Source: Malacoraja senta
Taxonomy: Eukaryota
Direction: 5' to 3'
Assembly (NCBI GenBank): GCA_038087875.1
Contig: CM075993.1
Coordinates: forward strand, 496,001-560,000
Length of the DNA stretch: 64,000 nt
Under the pieces are notes generated by a model that did no database searches, was not told where the DNA came from, and saw only the letters and a list, made by a program, of their open reading frames with translations. Position numbers and translations under genes: made by a program. This document shows positions 33,051 to 47,812 of this stretch, piece after piece; position 1 is the stretch's first letter; each line of letters starts with the position of its first letter.

Positions 33051-33688
33051 GGAGGTGATGATGGAGGATTGGGGAGGAGAGTTGGAGGGTGCTAGCTGGA
33101 GCACAGCGAGGGTGGAGTGTTGCTCCTGCACTATTACCAAGCTCGGATTCTTAACACCAGGTAAAGTCTTTAACATTTTGTGGCCGCTATTGCTGTTGTC
33201 AGCATGTTCCTGATAACTGGATTGAACCAGTGACGCTGGATGTTATCACCAGGGTTTAGACCCGCGGTTCAAAGAGAATTATAAACTCACTCGTCAATGA
33301 GTCAAATAGATTTATTTGAACAGTTGACATACTTACATTTGGTTCATTTAAAATATGCTGTGTAGACATTTAAGGGATTGTGAGATACTTTGTTAATGTC
33401 AGAATAAATGCAACACGGTACTACTACAATGTTTAAAAGGCATGTGGACAGGTACTTTGATAGGAAAAGAATAGTGGGATGAGGGCCTAAAACAGGCAAA
33501 TGGGAAAGGCATCACAGTTTGCATGGACGAGGTGGGGTATAAGGGCCTATTTCTGTGTTATTCATATCTATGATTCTATAAAAACTTAAAAAACTGAAAC
33601 TATGGAAGTTGCATGAGTGTGACCCACATTAGACAGTAAGAGCTGCAAGGGTGGCTCAGGCCACTCGTGGTGAGTTGGGGTGCTGTAG

Positions 33689-33964
<276 letters not shown>

Positions 33965-36933
33965 TGAGCAACCAATGGGTGAAGGGACAATGTTAAATAC
34001 AAGGGCAACACCCAGACTGGAGAAAGCAGTGGGGGAAAGGTGAGATGAACGAGAGGTTTGTGAAACTGCACCAAGTTGTAGTTTATAGGAAGAAAGAAAT
34101 ATTCTGAAGGTGCTAGTTTCTTCAGGTCCAGGGATAGGATGCGTTTGATGAGGAGGCAGTGTGTGGGCAGCTGTTGAACTGACAGAGTTTGCTTTCATAA
34201 CATCTCCATGGCATGAGGATATGTTGACGTGCCTAACAGCAATGAATTAGTCTTCAGTACAGGGAAGTGTGGCTGATGTTATTTCCTACTGTCTAATGGG
34301 GAAACAGAGAAGTCATTACTTTTGTCGAGGTAAATTATTGGGCAAGACCTCAAGAGAGTTCCCGGCTCGTCATTGCATTCAAAGCCCTGTGTATAAATTG
34401 TGCAAGTTCATTTTGACACCGTGCTTTTCACCCATCAGACCAAAACGGTTTAAAGTTTCCTTTGACCGATGTCACATCTGGAGCTGCCTCAGCACCAATG
34501 ATGCTGCGTTCAAGTGGGTGTTGCCGTTCTGACTTTACATGAAGCTTTACCTCTTTGAAACCTTTCACTCTGAAAGGAGTGTGACGCTTCGAGGAGCCAA
34601 GTTGACATATATACGGCTGTTAATTTGATGGTAAAGTAGACTTTCCGTGCAGCTGCACTGGTGGCTTGGGTAGGAAGATGCAGAACTGGTGCAAAGGAAG
34701 GCAGGGCTTGTTGCAACTCTGATTGCTCGGTCAATGATGTGGAAAGCATTAGACAAAGTCAAAGCTTATGGGGAGAGGGCAGGAAAATGGGGTTGAGAGG
34801 GACAGATAGATCAGCCAGAATTGAATGGCGGAGTAAACTCGATGGGCCGAATGGCCTAATTCTGCTCCTATGACTTCTGAATTTATAAACTTATGAATTG
34901 AACAAAAAATTGGCAAATGGAATTTAATCTGGATTGGTGTGTTGCATATGGGGAGATGAAATGAGGCAAGGCACTGTGCAATAAATGGGAGAGTAGTGAG
35001 CGGTGTAGTGGAACAGGAGATTCAGTGTATATACCCCTTAAGGTTGCAGGACAGATCATGAAGGTGATGAAAAGCTTCTTGAATACTTTCCTTGTTAGCT
35101 GTAGCATAGAATATCACAGCATTGGAGTTTAGCTGGAACTGTAAACAACACTAGTTAGACCAGGACTTGTGCATTGCACATCATTTCAAGAAAAGTGTGG
35201 AAAGGTTGAAGCGATTTACAAGGGTTTTGCGAGGACTGTAAGGTTAAAGCTATCAGGAAAGATTGGATTCACTATGATTGCTTTCTTTAGAATAGTGAAT
35301 GCTGAGGAAAGTCTTAATTGGTATGTAACACTGAGTAAATATTGGAATAGCTAGAGTAAATCGGAAGGACTTATTTTTAAGCAGAGTGGTTAAAAACCAG
35401 GGGGCAGAGTAACTGGTGGAAGGCATAGAAGTGGTGATAGGAACTTGGAACATTCTGCAGGAACAGTTGGAGACGGGGAAGCTGTCTCCATGGGTTAATA
35501 GTATGTGAGGAGCACTCGAAAAGCCCAGGTGTGTACAGGATTGTGGACCAGTGCTGCAAGATGATAGCGATTCTTTTGAACAGAACACACATGGTGGACC
35601 AAATGGCCTCCTAGGCCATAAACTTTTTGGCAGTGAATTAAGGCATTGTTTGGTTTTAAGGTTTTGAAATGCATATTGGCATACGTGATACATGTGCAAA
35701 CTTGTACTGTTTAAATACTTTAATAAATTGCAAAAAAAGCATATGCCAGAGGAATGGGTTACTGATTGCTGAGAATTGTATTGCGTCTCAGATTAGATAA
35801 GCAGGTTACCTTTCACAGCCAGTGTTCTGCAACCCTGGGTCCAGACCTGAACAAGGCTGTGGTACGAACTACACAGTCCACCAGTGTAGTGCAAACCACG
35901 GTTGATCAGTCTCCAGGGAAATGGTGTGTGATTTAAAATGAGGTGCATTGTACTTTGCAAATCAGCAGCCAGCCATAGTGTATAGAAAGCTGACTGGGCA
36001 AGCTGCCAAAAGCCACGTCGTAAAATGCCTTCAGTAACAGAGCCAGCTCTTACAAAGAAGGCTTTTGCAAATGTTTCAGGACCCTGTCAATATGTGGTCA
36101 CAATCCAGCATTTGTATGTATGACCCACCAAAATCTGGACACATTTTTCATTTTTAGCATAATCCTATTTTATTTGCGCATTTTCCACCTTTTCCAACTT
36201 CCTCGGGGGGACAATTAGAATGATGGAAAATAGACCAGAATGGTGCACAGTACTCAGACTGTAGTCTGATACTTGTGTACTAACTGAATGCAGTTATTCT
36301 AATCTCCCTTATTGTACATTCCAAAGGTGCTGCCTGGGTTTGGTCCCTTGAAGCTTTTAAACAAATCTGATAACATTGGGCTTGTTAAATGTGCTCTGGC
36401 CACACTCTGCGTGGGATCTCGCGTGAATTTTAGACTGGAGACTGGATCTCAACCCATGCTGTGGAGCACCCTAAAGTAGAGTCAGGTTTGTTGTGATAAA
36501 CGTGGAGACAAAACTGCACATGCTGGTAAATTAAAAACAAAACAAAGTGCTGGACCCAGTTAGCGGGTCAGGCAGCATCACTGGAGGACATGGGCACGTG
36601 ATGTTTCAGATCGGAACCATCAGACATTCTCAAGAAAGGTCCCGACCCGACAGGTCGCTTGGTTTGAAAAGAGTGGCTAAGCTTCAGAACAGCTTTCATC
36701 CTCATTTTGTTTTCAATATGGAAACGTCTCCTTTCACATTTATGGTGCATCTGGAGTAAGCACTTCATATCACTGAACACTAAAGTTGACGTCCTGCAGT
36801 TAAGTCATTGTCATTGGAGGCAGTTTGAGAAGCTAAATCAATTGATCACTCTATATTAGTTTTATCTAATTATTCCTTTTTATTGTTGGGATGAACGCAT
36901 TAAACTATGCCTGAATGGGAAGGGTATGGAATA

Positions 36934-37087
36934 CGTGTAGGAAGGAACTGCAGATGCTGGTTTACACCAAAGATAGTCGCAAAATGATAGAATGATAGAA
37001 GAAGGGTCTCGACTCGAAACGTTACCCATTCCTTCTATCCAGAGATGCTGCCTGTCCCGCTGAGTTACTGCAGCATTTTGTGTCTCT
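36934..37087. mobile_element. Penelope-derived short element with 9-bp TSD, near the ADPGK exon 3 acceptor
   Basis: AGGGTATGG at 36921-36929 and 37088-37096; GAAGAAGGGTCTCGACTCGAAACGTTAC core. Confidence 0.8.
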
Positions 37088-37146
37088 AGGGTATGGGATT
37101 TACTCTGCTGCTGATTCCTAACTCGATTCTTCTTTTGTTCTTGCAG

Positions 37147-37209
37147 CACTTTGTCGGTGGAAATGCTGCTCTCATTGGTCAGAAGCTGGGCTCATCTGGG
37201 AACCTGTCG
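37147..37209 (+). CDS. ADPGK: ADPGK exon 3
   Basis: cag|HFVGGNAALIGQKLGSSGNLS|gttagt; 63 nt. Confidence 0.94.
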
Positions 37210-37509
37210 GTTAGTCCACTATTTCTACATTCTATGGCTGGATAATCACGCTCACAGTTTACACGTTGCCAGGAGATTGAGTGCCTGTGCACGGTGTGGG
37301 TCAGGCATGGGGTGGTTGATAAATGCTTGTCACAGCTCTTTGTAGGTTTAACTCGCACCGCTGGCATCAGCAGGGCTGCTGAGATCTCCCTGCTTCACTA
37401 GTCTAGTAACTCCTAAGAGTCCAGCATCAGGAGACTAAATACCAGTGAGGGCCTCCTATGATCTCTGCAACATTGCCTCATCTGTTTGTTCTGCTTTTGG
37501 AAGGAATAA

Positions 37510-37659
<150 letters not shown>

Positions 37660-38019
37660 TGAGTGAGGAATCTTTCTCGTTGTGTTGCTGTTAACATCAA
37701 CCTGATTGCAACTGGTGCTTCAATTAGTCCATGAATCCTGGCGTGATGAATGTGACAGGGTTCCCCATCCAGTGGTCTTGCCAGAATAGACGTTGATGTT
37801 GGTTGAGGGTATGATTGGATGGGTTGTGATGCCTTCCACAGTTGCATTGCTAGTTCTTGCAGAACGTACCAAAGCAATTTTGAAGCAATTAAATATCTTT
37901 GAAGTGTGGTCACGGGAAGCACAGCAAAGAGTTTATGCATGACAAAGTCACAACATTGTATATATGTTTGTTTGCTGATGGTCACCAACATTGGACTAGT
38001 AGCAATGGGATATAGTAAC

Positions 38020-38905
38020 AGTGCAATAGGTCAGCTGCAGAAATGGCAGACATAGTTTAACCAGAGTAAGTGTTGCACTTGGGGAAGTTGAATGTCAGGA
38101 GAGAGCATACAGTTCATAGCAAGACCCTTAAAAGTATTAATGTGCACAGGGATCTTGGAGTACAAGTTCTTAGCTCACTAAAAGTGACAATACAAGTAGA
38201 TAGGGTGATAAAGAAGACAGACACAAAAAGCTGGAATAACTCAGTGGGTCAGACACATCTCTGGCGAAAAGGAATAGATGACGTTTCAGGTCGAAACTCA
38301 TCTTCAGATAAAGAAGGCATATGGTATGCTTGCCTTCATTGCTCGGGGCATTGAATATAAGAGTCAGGAAGTCACAATGCAGCTCTCTTGGACATTTGGA
38401 GTATTGCGTTCTGTTCTGGTCACCCCATTACAGGAAAGATGTGGAAGCTTTAGAGAAGATGCAGCGGAGGTTTACCAGAATGCTGCCTGGATTAGAGGGT
38501 TTCAGTGACAGGGAGAGGTTGGGTGGACTTGGATTGTTTTCTCTCAGCATAACAGGTTGAGGGGAGACTGAGTAGAATGATGAGAGGCACAGATAGGGTG
38601 GATGGTCAGAATCTTTTTCCCCAGGGTGGAAATGTCCAACTCTAGAGGGTGAGAGGGGGAAAGTTTAATGGAGATGTGTGGGACAGGTTTAAAATAGAAT
38701 TGTGGGCCTGGAATGCATTGCTTGGGGTGGTGGTGGAGGCACAATAGTGGCACTTAAGACACTTTTAGTTACGCACATGGAAGCGCAGGGAATAGAGAGA
38801 TGGATCACGTGCAGGCTGATAAGATCAGTTCAGCTAGGCATTATGTTCGACACAAACATTGTAGGCCAAATGGCCCATTCCCATGCTGTACTGTTCCATG
38901 TTCAA
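38020..38905 (+). mobile_element. CR1 LINE fragment with nested Penelope-derived half element (38217-38306)
   Basis: KKAYGMLAFIARGIEYKSQEV, HLEYCVLFWSPHYRKDVEALEKMQRRFTRMLPGL; insert TSD GATAAAGAAG at 38207-38216 and 38307-38316. Confidence 0.87.
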
Positions 38906-39447
38906 TGAAACAGTGATGTGAATGTGGTCAGGAGATGCTCAAAGCTAAGCTGTTACTTATATATTTTTTTTGTTGCAGTGGAATTTCATGTGGGATGTAT
39001 GTATCATTTGTTTTTGTGGGTTAGTGTCTATGTGCCTGTGATGCTCCTGCAAGCAACACTTTGATTGTACCTGTACCTCACCGTGCTTGTGTGTAGAACA
39101 ATAAACTCGACAAAGCATGTTAGACATGTAATGGCACATTGTGGAGAGAACAGGGAGCTCCCAGTTGTCCAGGATACCACTTCTCTCTCAATGGGACTTT
39201 GCTGGCAATGTTACATTAGGTTACAATACAAACACTTCAAATTTAAAGTGTTTGTATGATTTTAATCTGTTTTAATGATATAAATAGGTTACTGTAGGTG
39301 AACTAGTGTTTTTTCTCCCTTTCTTCACTGCTTGTTTGAAGCCCTGTAGTCAATGATAGCTATATGGTGAAAATACATGTCAATTCCACTGTAGCAATGG
39401 ATTATTTAATTTTGCCAGAGTCTTTTTTTCATGCGGAATGAAGCTAA

Positions 39448-39696
<249 letters not shown>

Positions 39697-39859
39697 TGAA
39701 TACTGTCCTCAAATGCCCCAAGGCCACCTGTGCTCTGGCATTGTGTGCTCTATTGTATGGAATTACCTCCCTTAGTCTTTCTAAAGGTCTTCACACCCTT
39801 TAATTCAGCGAGGGAGGTAGCTTTGGGAATTGCACAATGATTATCTGCCTTCTGCAGAA

Positions 39860-40240
39860 TTTCTATGAGAAGAAATTGAGTAGATTAGGCCTGTATTGTC
39901 TGGAGTTTGACACTAAAAAATGAGAGGAGTTTTGCTGAAATTTACAAAGTGCTGACGGGGCTTGACAGAGGATATTTCCCTTGGTTCGGGTGTCCAGAAC
40001 CAGAGATCACAAGAATAAGTAGGAGGTCCTTTAATGAGGGTGCCCTTCAATCAGAGGATGGGGAATCTTTGGAATTCTGTAGCCTGGAGCTCTAGCGGCT
40101 TGGTCTTTGAAGTTATTGAGTACAGAGAACGATGGGTTTAAGGGAATCTTGCAGGAAAATGGCTGAGGTAGATGACCAGCCACGATCGTGATGAATGGCA
40201 GAGTTGCCGTAAAGCACTGATCTCCAGCTCCTGTTTGTTC
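39860..40240 (+). mobile_element. Old CR1 LINE 3' fragment
   Basis: YEKKLSRLGLYCLEF-like and EIYKVLTGLDR-like remnants with CR1 3' UTR. Confidence 0.6.
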
Positions 40241-42257
40241 TAACTCTTTTACCGACAATTAAAGTGCACTCTTCACCATGAAAATCAGCAAGGCAGCTTT
40301 GCTATGTAAATATCTGTTGTTTTCTTCTCAGGGTCAAAGATATTGGATGCCACATTATTAATGACATGTACGTCTTTTTCTTACACATGGGGTGAAGTAA
40401 ACACACACTGTGTCAAATTTAACAGAGATTATAATCCACCATATAAATCCATGTAACAAGTTTGCACATGTCACATAGTGAGGAGTCTGAACAAAATATT
40501 CAATTCCATTGTTTGTGCATTATTTTCTTTAAATGTTACTTTACTTTTCTTCACCAATTTACTTTGTTCCTCTTCTCTCCTGTCTGAAATGCTGAATGTT
40601 ATTTAAAAGCTCTATTATTACATACAGACTTTTGCAGCTTTCAATAATATCTGAGTATTTTTGCCTCTGTTATATTGTGATCTTTTATTGCTTTCTAGGA
40701 GGCGTCAACCCTTTTGTCAGCATCAATGCTTCTCTTTAGATTCACTCCTGGTGTTAATACCCTTGGACTGTGTTGAATTGTCACAAAGATGCCCTTTCTC
40801 CTTCCATCAACAGACAATTTGGTTTCTGATTCATTTTTGAACAGATGCCATTATAGATCTATCAATATCCCTTTATTTATAAATGTTCAAATTACAAAGT
40901 TTCACAATAATAGCAATCACATATTTAGGGTATGTGGCCTTGATTTACAAAGCTTTCTTTCACTGTCACAAACAATGTTGAATGTTAGGTGACAAAGAAA
41001 TAGATTATTTTAATATATTAGCAATAAGAAGCATTTGAACTCACAGAAGATGCAGCTGTGTCGACTACGATCACTATCCTCTGCAGTGACAGCTCCTCTG
41101 GCGTGCACAGCTCCTCTGGCGAGAGCACTGTCGACAGTATCTGTTGAGAGTCTTGACTGGCAGCTCATTGACATAATTGACTATTGGGAATACTGTTACA
41201 CTCTGATAACATGAAGCCTTCAGGACATCGTGTGGTAGTGCTGGACTGGCAGATCTTCTGGCCTATTGGATCTCACCCCTATTAATGCCCCAATACACTT
41301 TGCATTCTGTATTGAAAGTTTTCCAGTGAATCAGGAGAATTTGGACAGAGGGTGGGAATGAAGCTGAGGTAAGTTTAAAGAGAGAGTGGGGCATGGGCTC
41401 CTGTCTATTTAAAGAGGCGCAGGAAACAGAACCTGCTGAGCCAGTTGCCAAACCATTGGGATTTCAAAACAATTGGTTAGTAGATTATCGGAGCTTTTCT
41501 TCAGACGTTGGTTGGTTGCAGCAGGTGATTATCGCTGGAAGAACTTCTTGTGTAAGAGAGAGAGAATGGTACAAAAAGGTTAAGCTTGTGTTTAGATGAT
41601 TAGAATCATTGGCACATGACCCTGTGTTTGATGATTATCCAAGAAAAAGCAGAATGTGGCAAGGTGAAAGAGCAAGGGGGAGGTGGATCTTCTGAAGGTG
41701 CCCACATGTCCAAGGCCAGCAGTGGCTGGGTGAATGTTCAGCCATTGCCAACCTACCTTGTGAGGGAGGCAGCAAGTGCTGAGACTGTGCCAGAACATGT
41801 TTCAAAACTAAAATGGTCACCAAGGAAAAGGTGGATTGTCTCGGAACAAATAACAATAGCAATATCTGGGAACACTGCAGCTTGTGACCTGAAACATTAA
41901 ACCTGCTTCCCTCTCCATGGGTTTTCTGTTATTGTCAGATTTAATCTCCTTAAAAAATATTTAACGTGGATGAGATTGAGCTCCAAAAGTGGATGCCCTT
42001 GTGTAGGATGAGATGGACTCTTGGTTCTAGGCTGAAGGTGACTCGAACTGAAGCTTCTGTTAATCTACCGTTCATGGCACCAGCTTGGTTTCTGAGGTGT
42101 TTGTAGCACTGAGAAGCTGTGGTTTCTTCAAGCATGTGATCCCAATGTGAGCACATGAAGGATGCTGAGCTTTGCTACAAGAAACCTCCTCACATGAAGA
42201 ACATGAAGGCTATCCTGATCTTTATCTGTACCTTTCTTAAGCCTTACTTGTCATTGA

Positions 42258-42610
42258 TAGAACATAGTACAGCACAGGAATAGATCCTTTGGCCCGCCAT
42301 GATTGTGCTGACTGGAATGCCAAATGAAACCAATCCCATACATATACCTGCACATTGTCTGTATCACTATCCCCTGCCTGTTTGTGTGGCTGTCTAAATG
42401 CCTCTTAAATGTAGCTGCCATACCTCTTTTACCATCACCCTTGACAGTGCATCTAAGGACCTAACGTTTATGTGTGTGTAAAAACAAAAGACTTGCCTTG
42501 CAAATTTCCTTTAAACTTTTCCCCTCCCACCTTAAAAGTCATGCATTCTAGTATTGGACATTTCCGCTCTGGCGGAATAGACTGACTGTTCATCCTCTCT
42601 ATGCCTCTCA
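42258..42610 (-). mobile_element. CR1 LINE 3' end
   Basis: Antisense tail ATAGAACATAGTACAGCACAGGAA...TTTGGCCC and TTAAACTTTTCCCCTCCCACCTTAAA. Confidence 0.7.
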
Positions 42611-43296
42611 AACTGAAATATAAATGTAATGCTGTAAAGGATGGATTGGGCTCATTGCTGCACTACTTTCCACAACTATTTGGAACTTACCTGCTGCTCC
42701 TTGGGCTGAAGATTTGCTGTTTGAGTCTTGCAAATTACCTCAAATAACTCCATTCCATTTCTAATTCTTGCTCCTCTTCCACTTCAAACGCAAGACGGAA
42801 TTTATCCAGTCATTCCTTCATATTTTTCTGGCAGATCTTCCTGATGTGCTCCAAAGTTAATCTCTTTGTACATCAGCCCTTCCATGTGGAGGTGTTGGAC
42901 TGCTCTCCACAGTGTGTTGTTCTGTCCTGTGATGTGTTGTATCAGGGCATCAGATGCTTGTAGGATTGGCTGCACTACTGAAAACTAACAACGTGGGGTG
43001 GGAGGTGGAGGCAACCTGGTCTTCAATGGCGAGCTGCACTCCAGCCCAGCGAGAACTGATGCCATCAAGGAAATGCTGGGCAGAAAAAAAAAGGGTTTTT
43101 CAGATGTTGGGCAAAGAATCAATAATAATCTGTTGAGAGTGCATAGTTCCCTGCTTTTAGAAGGCTAGTGTTGGATTTTGTGGTGTAATTTCTTAGTTTC
43201 TTATAGCAGGACTATGCTTCCCTGAACTGCAACTTGTTTCATTTTGAACATGACTTCTGTTTGTTCCTCCCATTCCCCTATTAATCCAAACCACAG

Positions 43297-43395
43297 GTTA
43301 CTGAGTTAATCTCGGAGATCCCCAATGAAATCTCCGTGCACCTGGAGCTGGCCAGCATGACAGACACAGACTACATGAACGCGATTGTGGAACAG
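43297..43395 (+). CDS. ADPGK: ADPGK exon 6
   Basis: cag|VTELISEIPNEISVHLELASMTDTDYMNAIVEQ|gtaatt; 99 nt. Confidence 0.94.
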
Positions 43396-44017
43396 GTAAT
43401 TATTTTGGGGGTAGGTGCTGAGAAGGTCGATGCCCTGAGCTCCTCAAAGGTGGAATGTCTCAACTTTGCTGAGTTTGCAGAATATGGGAAAGTCAAACTG
43501 GTCTCCATTTCTCGAAGATTAGAAGTGGAACAATAAATGTTTCCTTGTTGCCTTACAGGTAATGGAGAGGGTTAGGATCCCATTCCCCTACTGAATCCAG
43601 GCAGGTTTATGGTGCTGAATCAGTGTCACAACTACCTTTTATTTGGTCAACCACTGCCATCTATGAGAGACCATTGTGTGCAGTCTCTCGTGCTTCCCAA
43701 CTATGGACATGATTGACCTTCCTATAGGCCTCCAGTGTCTCTCTGACCCATCTGTGGAGCTGCCCACATCTGGCACCAACTCGCACTCTCTGACATGGTC
43801 AGTCTATGCCGCTAACCTCAGGCCATTGTGTTACCGCCCTTGTACTCTGTGTTGAGTCCAGGACTGGGAGATGTCGTCTTGAACACTATTTAGCATACTG
43901 TTCTCTGCTGCAACTTGAGGCAAAGGCGTGTGAGTTGGGCCATTGTTTTATTTAGAAGCAGTGTGACAGGCAGCTGGTTTGCTGTCCGCCCCTTTACCAA
44001 GGGTTGTAATCATCTAA

Positions 44018-44632
<615 letters not shown>

Positions 44633-47600
44633 CTTAACTCTGAACGTCTATGTTCAACAAGATAGAGTCAAACTTGACTATGTATTAATGTCAAACTCTG
44701 TGCAGTGTGTAGGAATGGGTTTTTGATTGGGGACATTTGTGATAGATGGTCACGGGGTAGAGCAGAGAGAAAGGGTGGCAGATGTATTAGTGTGAGGTGC
44801 TTGCTCTTTTTAATCCTGGTGTAGTGTGTAAAAGCCAACAAAACAAAATAATGCTGTTTTTATTTACACAATGTCTTATACCTTGCTGTATTCTGAATAT
44901 CAAATCTTTTCTGTCAGGGAATATGTATGCTTTATGTTTTTGATGTTTGTGGTTGACTTGTATTCAATGCTGTGTCTGGGTATGTGAGGATGCAGAGTGG
45001 CAGACTGGTATCACACTGCACCTGGATTTTTATCCATCTCCATATTTTGGATCATTTCCTCTGGGCAGTGTTTCACATGCAAAAAGGTTGTGGTTTCAAT
45101 TCTATTCCTTGTCTGCAGGAATTTACATACCAAAGCTTGCCTAATTCAATATCAATCGCAAAATGCAGTATGTGAGAATTGTAAAACCGTGGTGGGAGGG
45201 GAATTCCTGCATTGTTGCTATTGAGGGCCAGGTGAACAGTAATTGCCTCACTTATTTACTACACCAATATTGCTATTGCTATTAATCAAGAGAAACGGAG
45301 GCACCGACTCTGCTGCAGTAAGTGTCAGACGTGTTTCCAGACATTGCTTCCTCCCTTCTCCCAGGCTGAATGGGGAAGGCATGGATTTGGAATGGTACCA
45401 GGCTTACGATTTGAAACATTCAACTTTACTGTCACTGGTCCCTAGTCCCACCTGTCACCTCTCTTTAGATACTGATCAGTTATGCTTTAGTGTGTTTTGT
45501 TCAGTTCGGTGGGTTAATAACTTCAAACAGAATGGATTTTTCAATTGCATCAAATTATTAATTCAGAGTGACAGCCACATTTTGAAATAGCGTTATCCCA
45601 AAATTCCTATTTATTTCAGGAGGACTGGGTGTATAAAGAATGCTTGAAGGGGAGGGAGGTTAGGTGCTAATTTGCAGCTTTTTCATGAAGGCAGGTGTAA
45701 GGAGCTGTTTGTGATCATGATTCTGATTTAGCTCTCTAGCTTGTGTGAAATAACAAAATGTAGTTCTGCGAAGTAAAACTCCCCTAGTAGTTAGAGGCTT
45801 GTGCATGACTTAATCTTTGCTGAGTTGGCTGACAAGAGATGCAACATTAGTTGGATCAATGGCTGGGAAGGTTGAGAGGATGCTGAGAGGGCTCCTGGTC
45901 CCACTGCACACTCAAGAGCCCTTGGTGCAAAATATACAGCCTTGTGAGGCAGCAATACTGAATATTTCCTGAGCCTACTGTTGGGGCTGCCACATAGAGA
46001 ATGGACAGTTGCACTTGGGATTGTACGGTGGTGGGAGGGAGTGTGTAGGGTTGGAAACATCTTGCATTGAAATCCCCTCCAACCAATGTCGAGTAGGAAA
46101 ATTAGACGGGCATTTAAAGATGAGTTGGAAATGTGATATTTCTCCTTCATTCTCGCTGGGGGTGAGTTGTCTGTGAGGGCAAAGTCTAAAGCGTGCAGCT
46201 GACTGAGTCTGTTCAAATCTTCCACCTCTCTCGGAAACAGCCTTCTCTCAAATGTCATTGAACCAAATGTTGTGACATACTGGGGCATAAATTCTGTTAA
46301 TTCTTTAGTTTGATTGGAACTTAGTTGTATTATTACTGGTGGGTGAACCTGGGTATTTAAGCCTGTAATCTGTTTTTTATATTAAGGCACATTCTGGGTT
46401 ATTTTCTATTTTATTTTTAATATCAAATCCTCCTTGGTTGTGCCTGTGCTATTTGGGTTTTCAGGTGGAAGGGGATGATTGAGGTCACAACTGGTGGTAG
46501 AGGTTATGTCAACTGCCTTGCTTTAGAACCTAAACTCCTCACAGGTCCTGCATACCAGGGATCTTTGAGACTGGAATATGCCTTATGGAACCAGTTTACG
46601 ATGAAAGAGGACTCGAAATGTGTCTTCTGCCTACAATATATGCAAAAACATTGCAAATGTATCAGTGGTTTCTGGTTATGCTCCTCCTTGCAGAGACCTG
46701 TTCCAAAGAAGGCACTAGTACCGGAACGTCATAGTCGTGCTGCACATAAACAGGCCCCTCGCCCAACCCATCCATGAAAATCAAGATGCCCCATCGAAGC
46801 TAGTCCCATTTTCCCACATGTCTCTAACCTTGCCTATCCAAGAACCTGTCCAAGTGTGGAATGTTCATGTAAAAAACAAAGTGAAGATGGGATTTCTGCA
46901 ATATGATTGGTTTTGTGTTGCAGTGAAGTGTCCATTAGTTTTAGATATGTAGAATATTATCTATATTGTACAACTATGTACTCTGCTCATGGCCAACACA
47001 GCAGAGGCTGACTGCTGGAGGCACAAGTGATTGCAGATGCTGGAGTATCAAGTGAAAAACAAGTTGCTGAAGGAACTCAACAGGGGAGTCTGCATGCTGT
47101 GCGAGAGAGGCAAGACAAACCGAGCATTTCTATTCCCACATTGTTTATACTCCATAGTTGTGTTTGGTGGTGAGTTTGCCACCAGAGACAACTCTGCACA
47201 ATCTGCTGAGCAAGATCTAACTGAAGTTCAGCATTAACACTGCTATCCGTCTATTTGTGATCTTGACCAAGCAGAGTGTAACCAGGAGACCAGGAACTGA
47301 AGGTGCTGGAATTGTTAGCAAAGCACAAAGCACTGGAGGAACTCAGTAGGCCAGGCAGCATCGGTGTAGGGAATAGAAAGACAATGTTTTGGATTGGGAT
47401 CTTCTGCAGACATGCACCTAGTGAGGACAAGGGACTTGAAACAGCATCATTGAAAAAATGGGATCTGGTTTCATGTCAGTCTGATGTGCAATTTGATTTC
47501 AAGGTCAATATTTTTCTTGGCATTGGGAACATTAGTATGACATCTATATTTTAAATTGTGACAAATTTAGCCAAACAATGTTTGACATGATTTAAGTTGA

Positions 47601-47806
47601 CTGCATCTTTGTTAACCCCAGTTACTCTTACTTTTATGTGAAGTCTAGAGATACCTCATGGACAGTTTGTTGGAAAATGTATGCCTTTTTTCTCATGTAA
47701 AATATCAATGTCAAACATAAATTTGAGGGTTTTTTGTTAAATGTCAGTGGTTTAAGTACTGTATCAATCTAGTCACTATTTTACTTTTTTTGAAGCAAGA
47801 TATTGG

Positions 47807-47812
47807 AATAAA
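47807..47812 (+). terminator. Candidate ADPGK polyadenylation signal
   Basis: AATAAA after a U-rich stretch, about 3.2 kb past the stop codon; not verifiable from sequence alone. Confidence 0.35.

Noticed and set aside
41089-41121. Short tandem duplication ACAGCTCCTCTGGCG x2 (similar case near 13955-13993)
   Set aside because: Ordinary slippage-type micro-duplications with no further structure.
45791-46288. 165-aa minus-strand ORF in the presumed ADPGK 3' UTR
   Set aside because: No recognisable domain, promoter or splice evidence.
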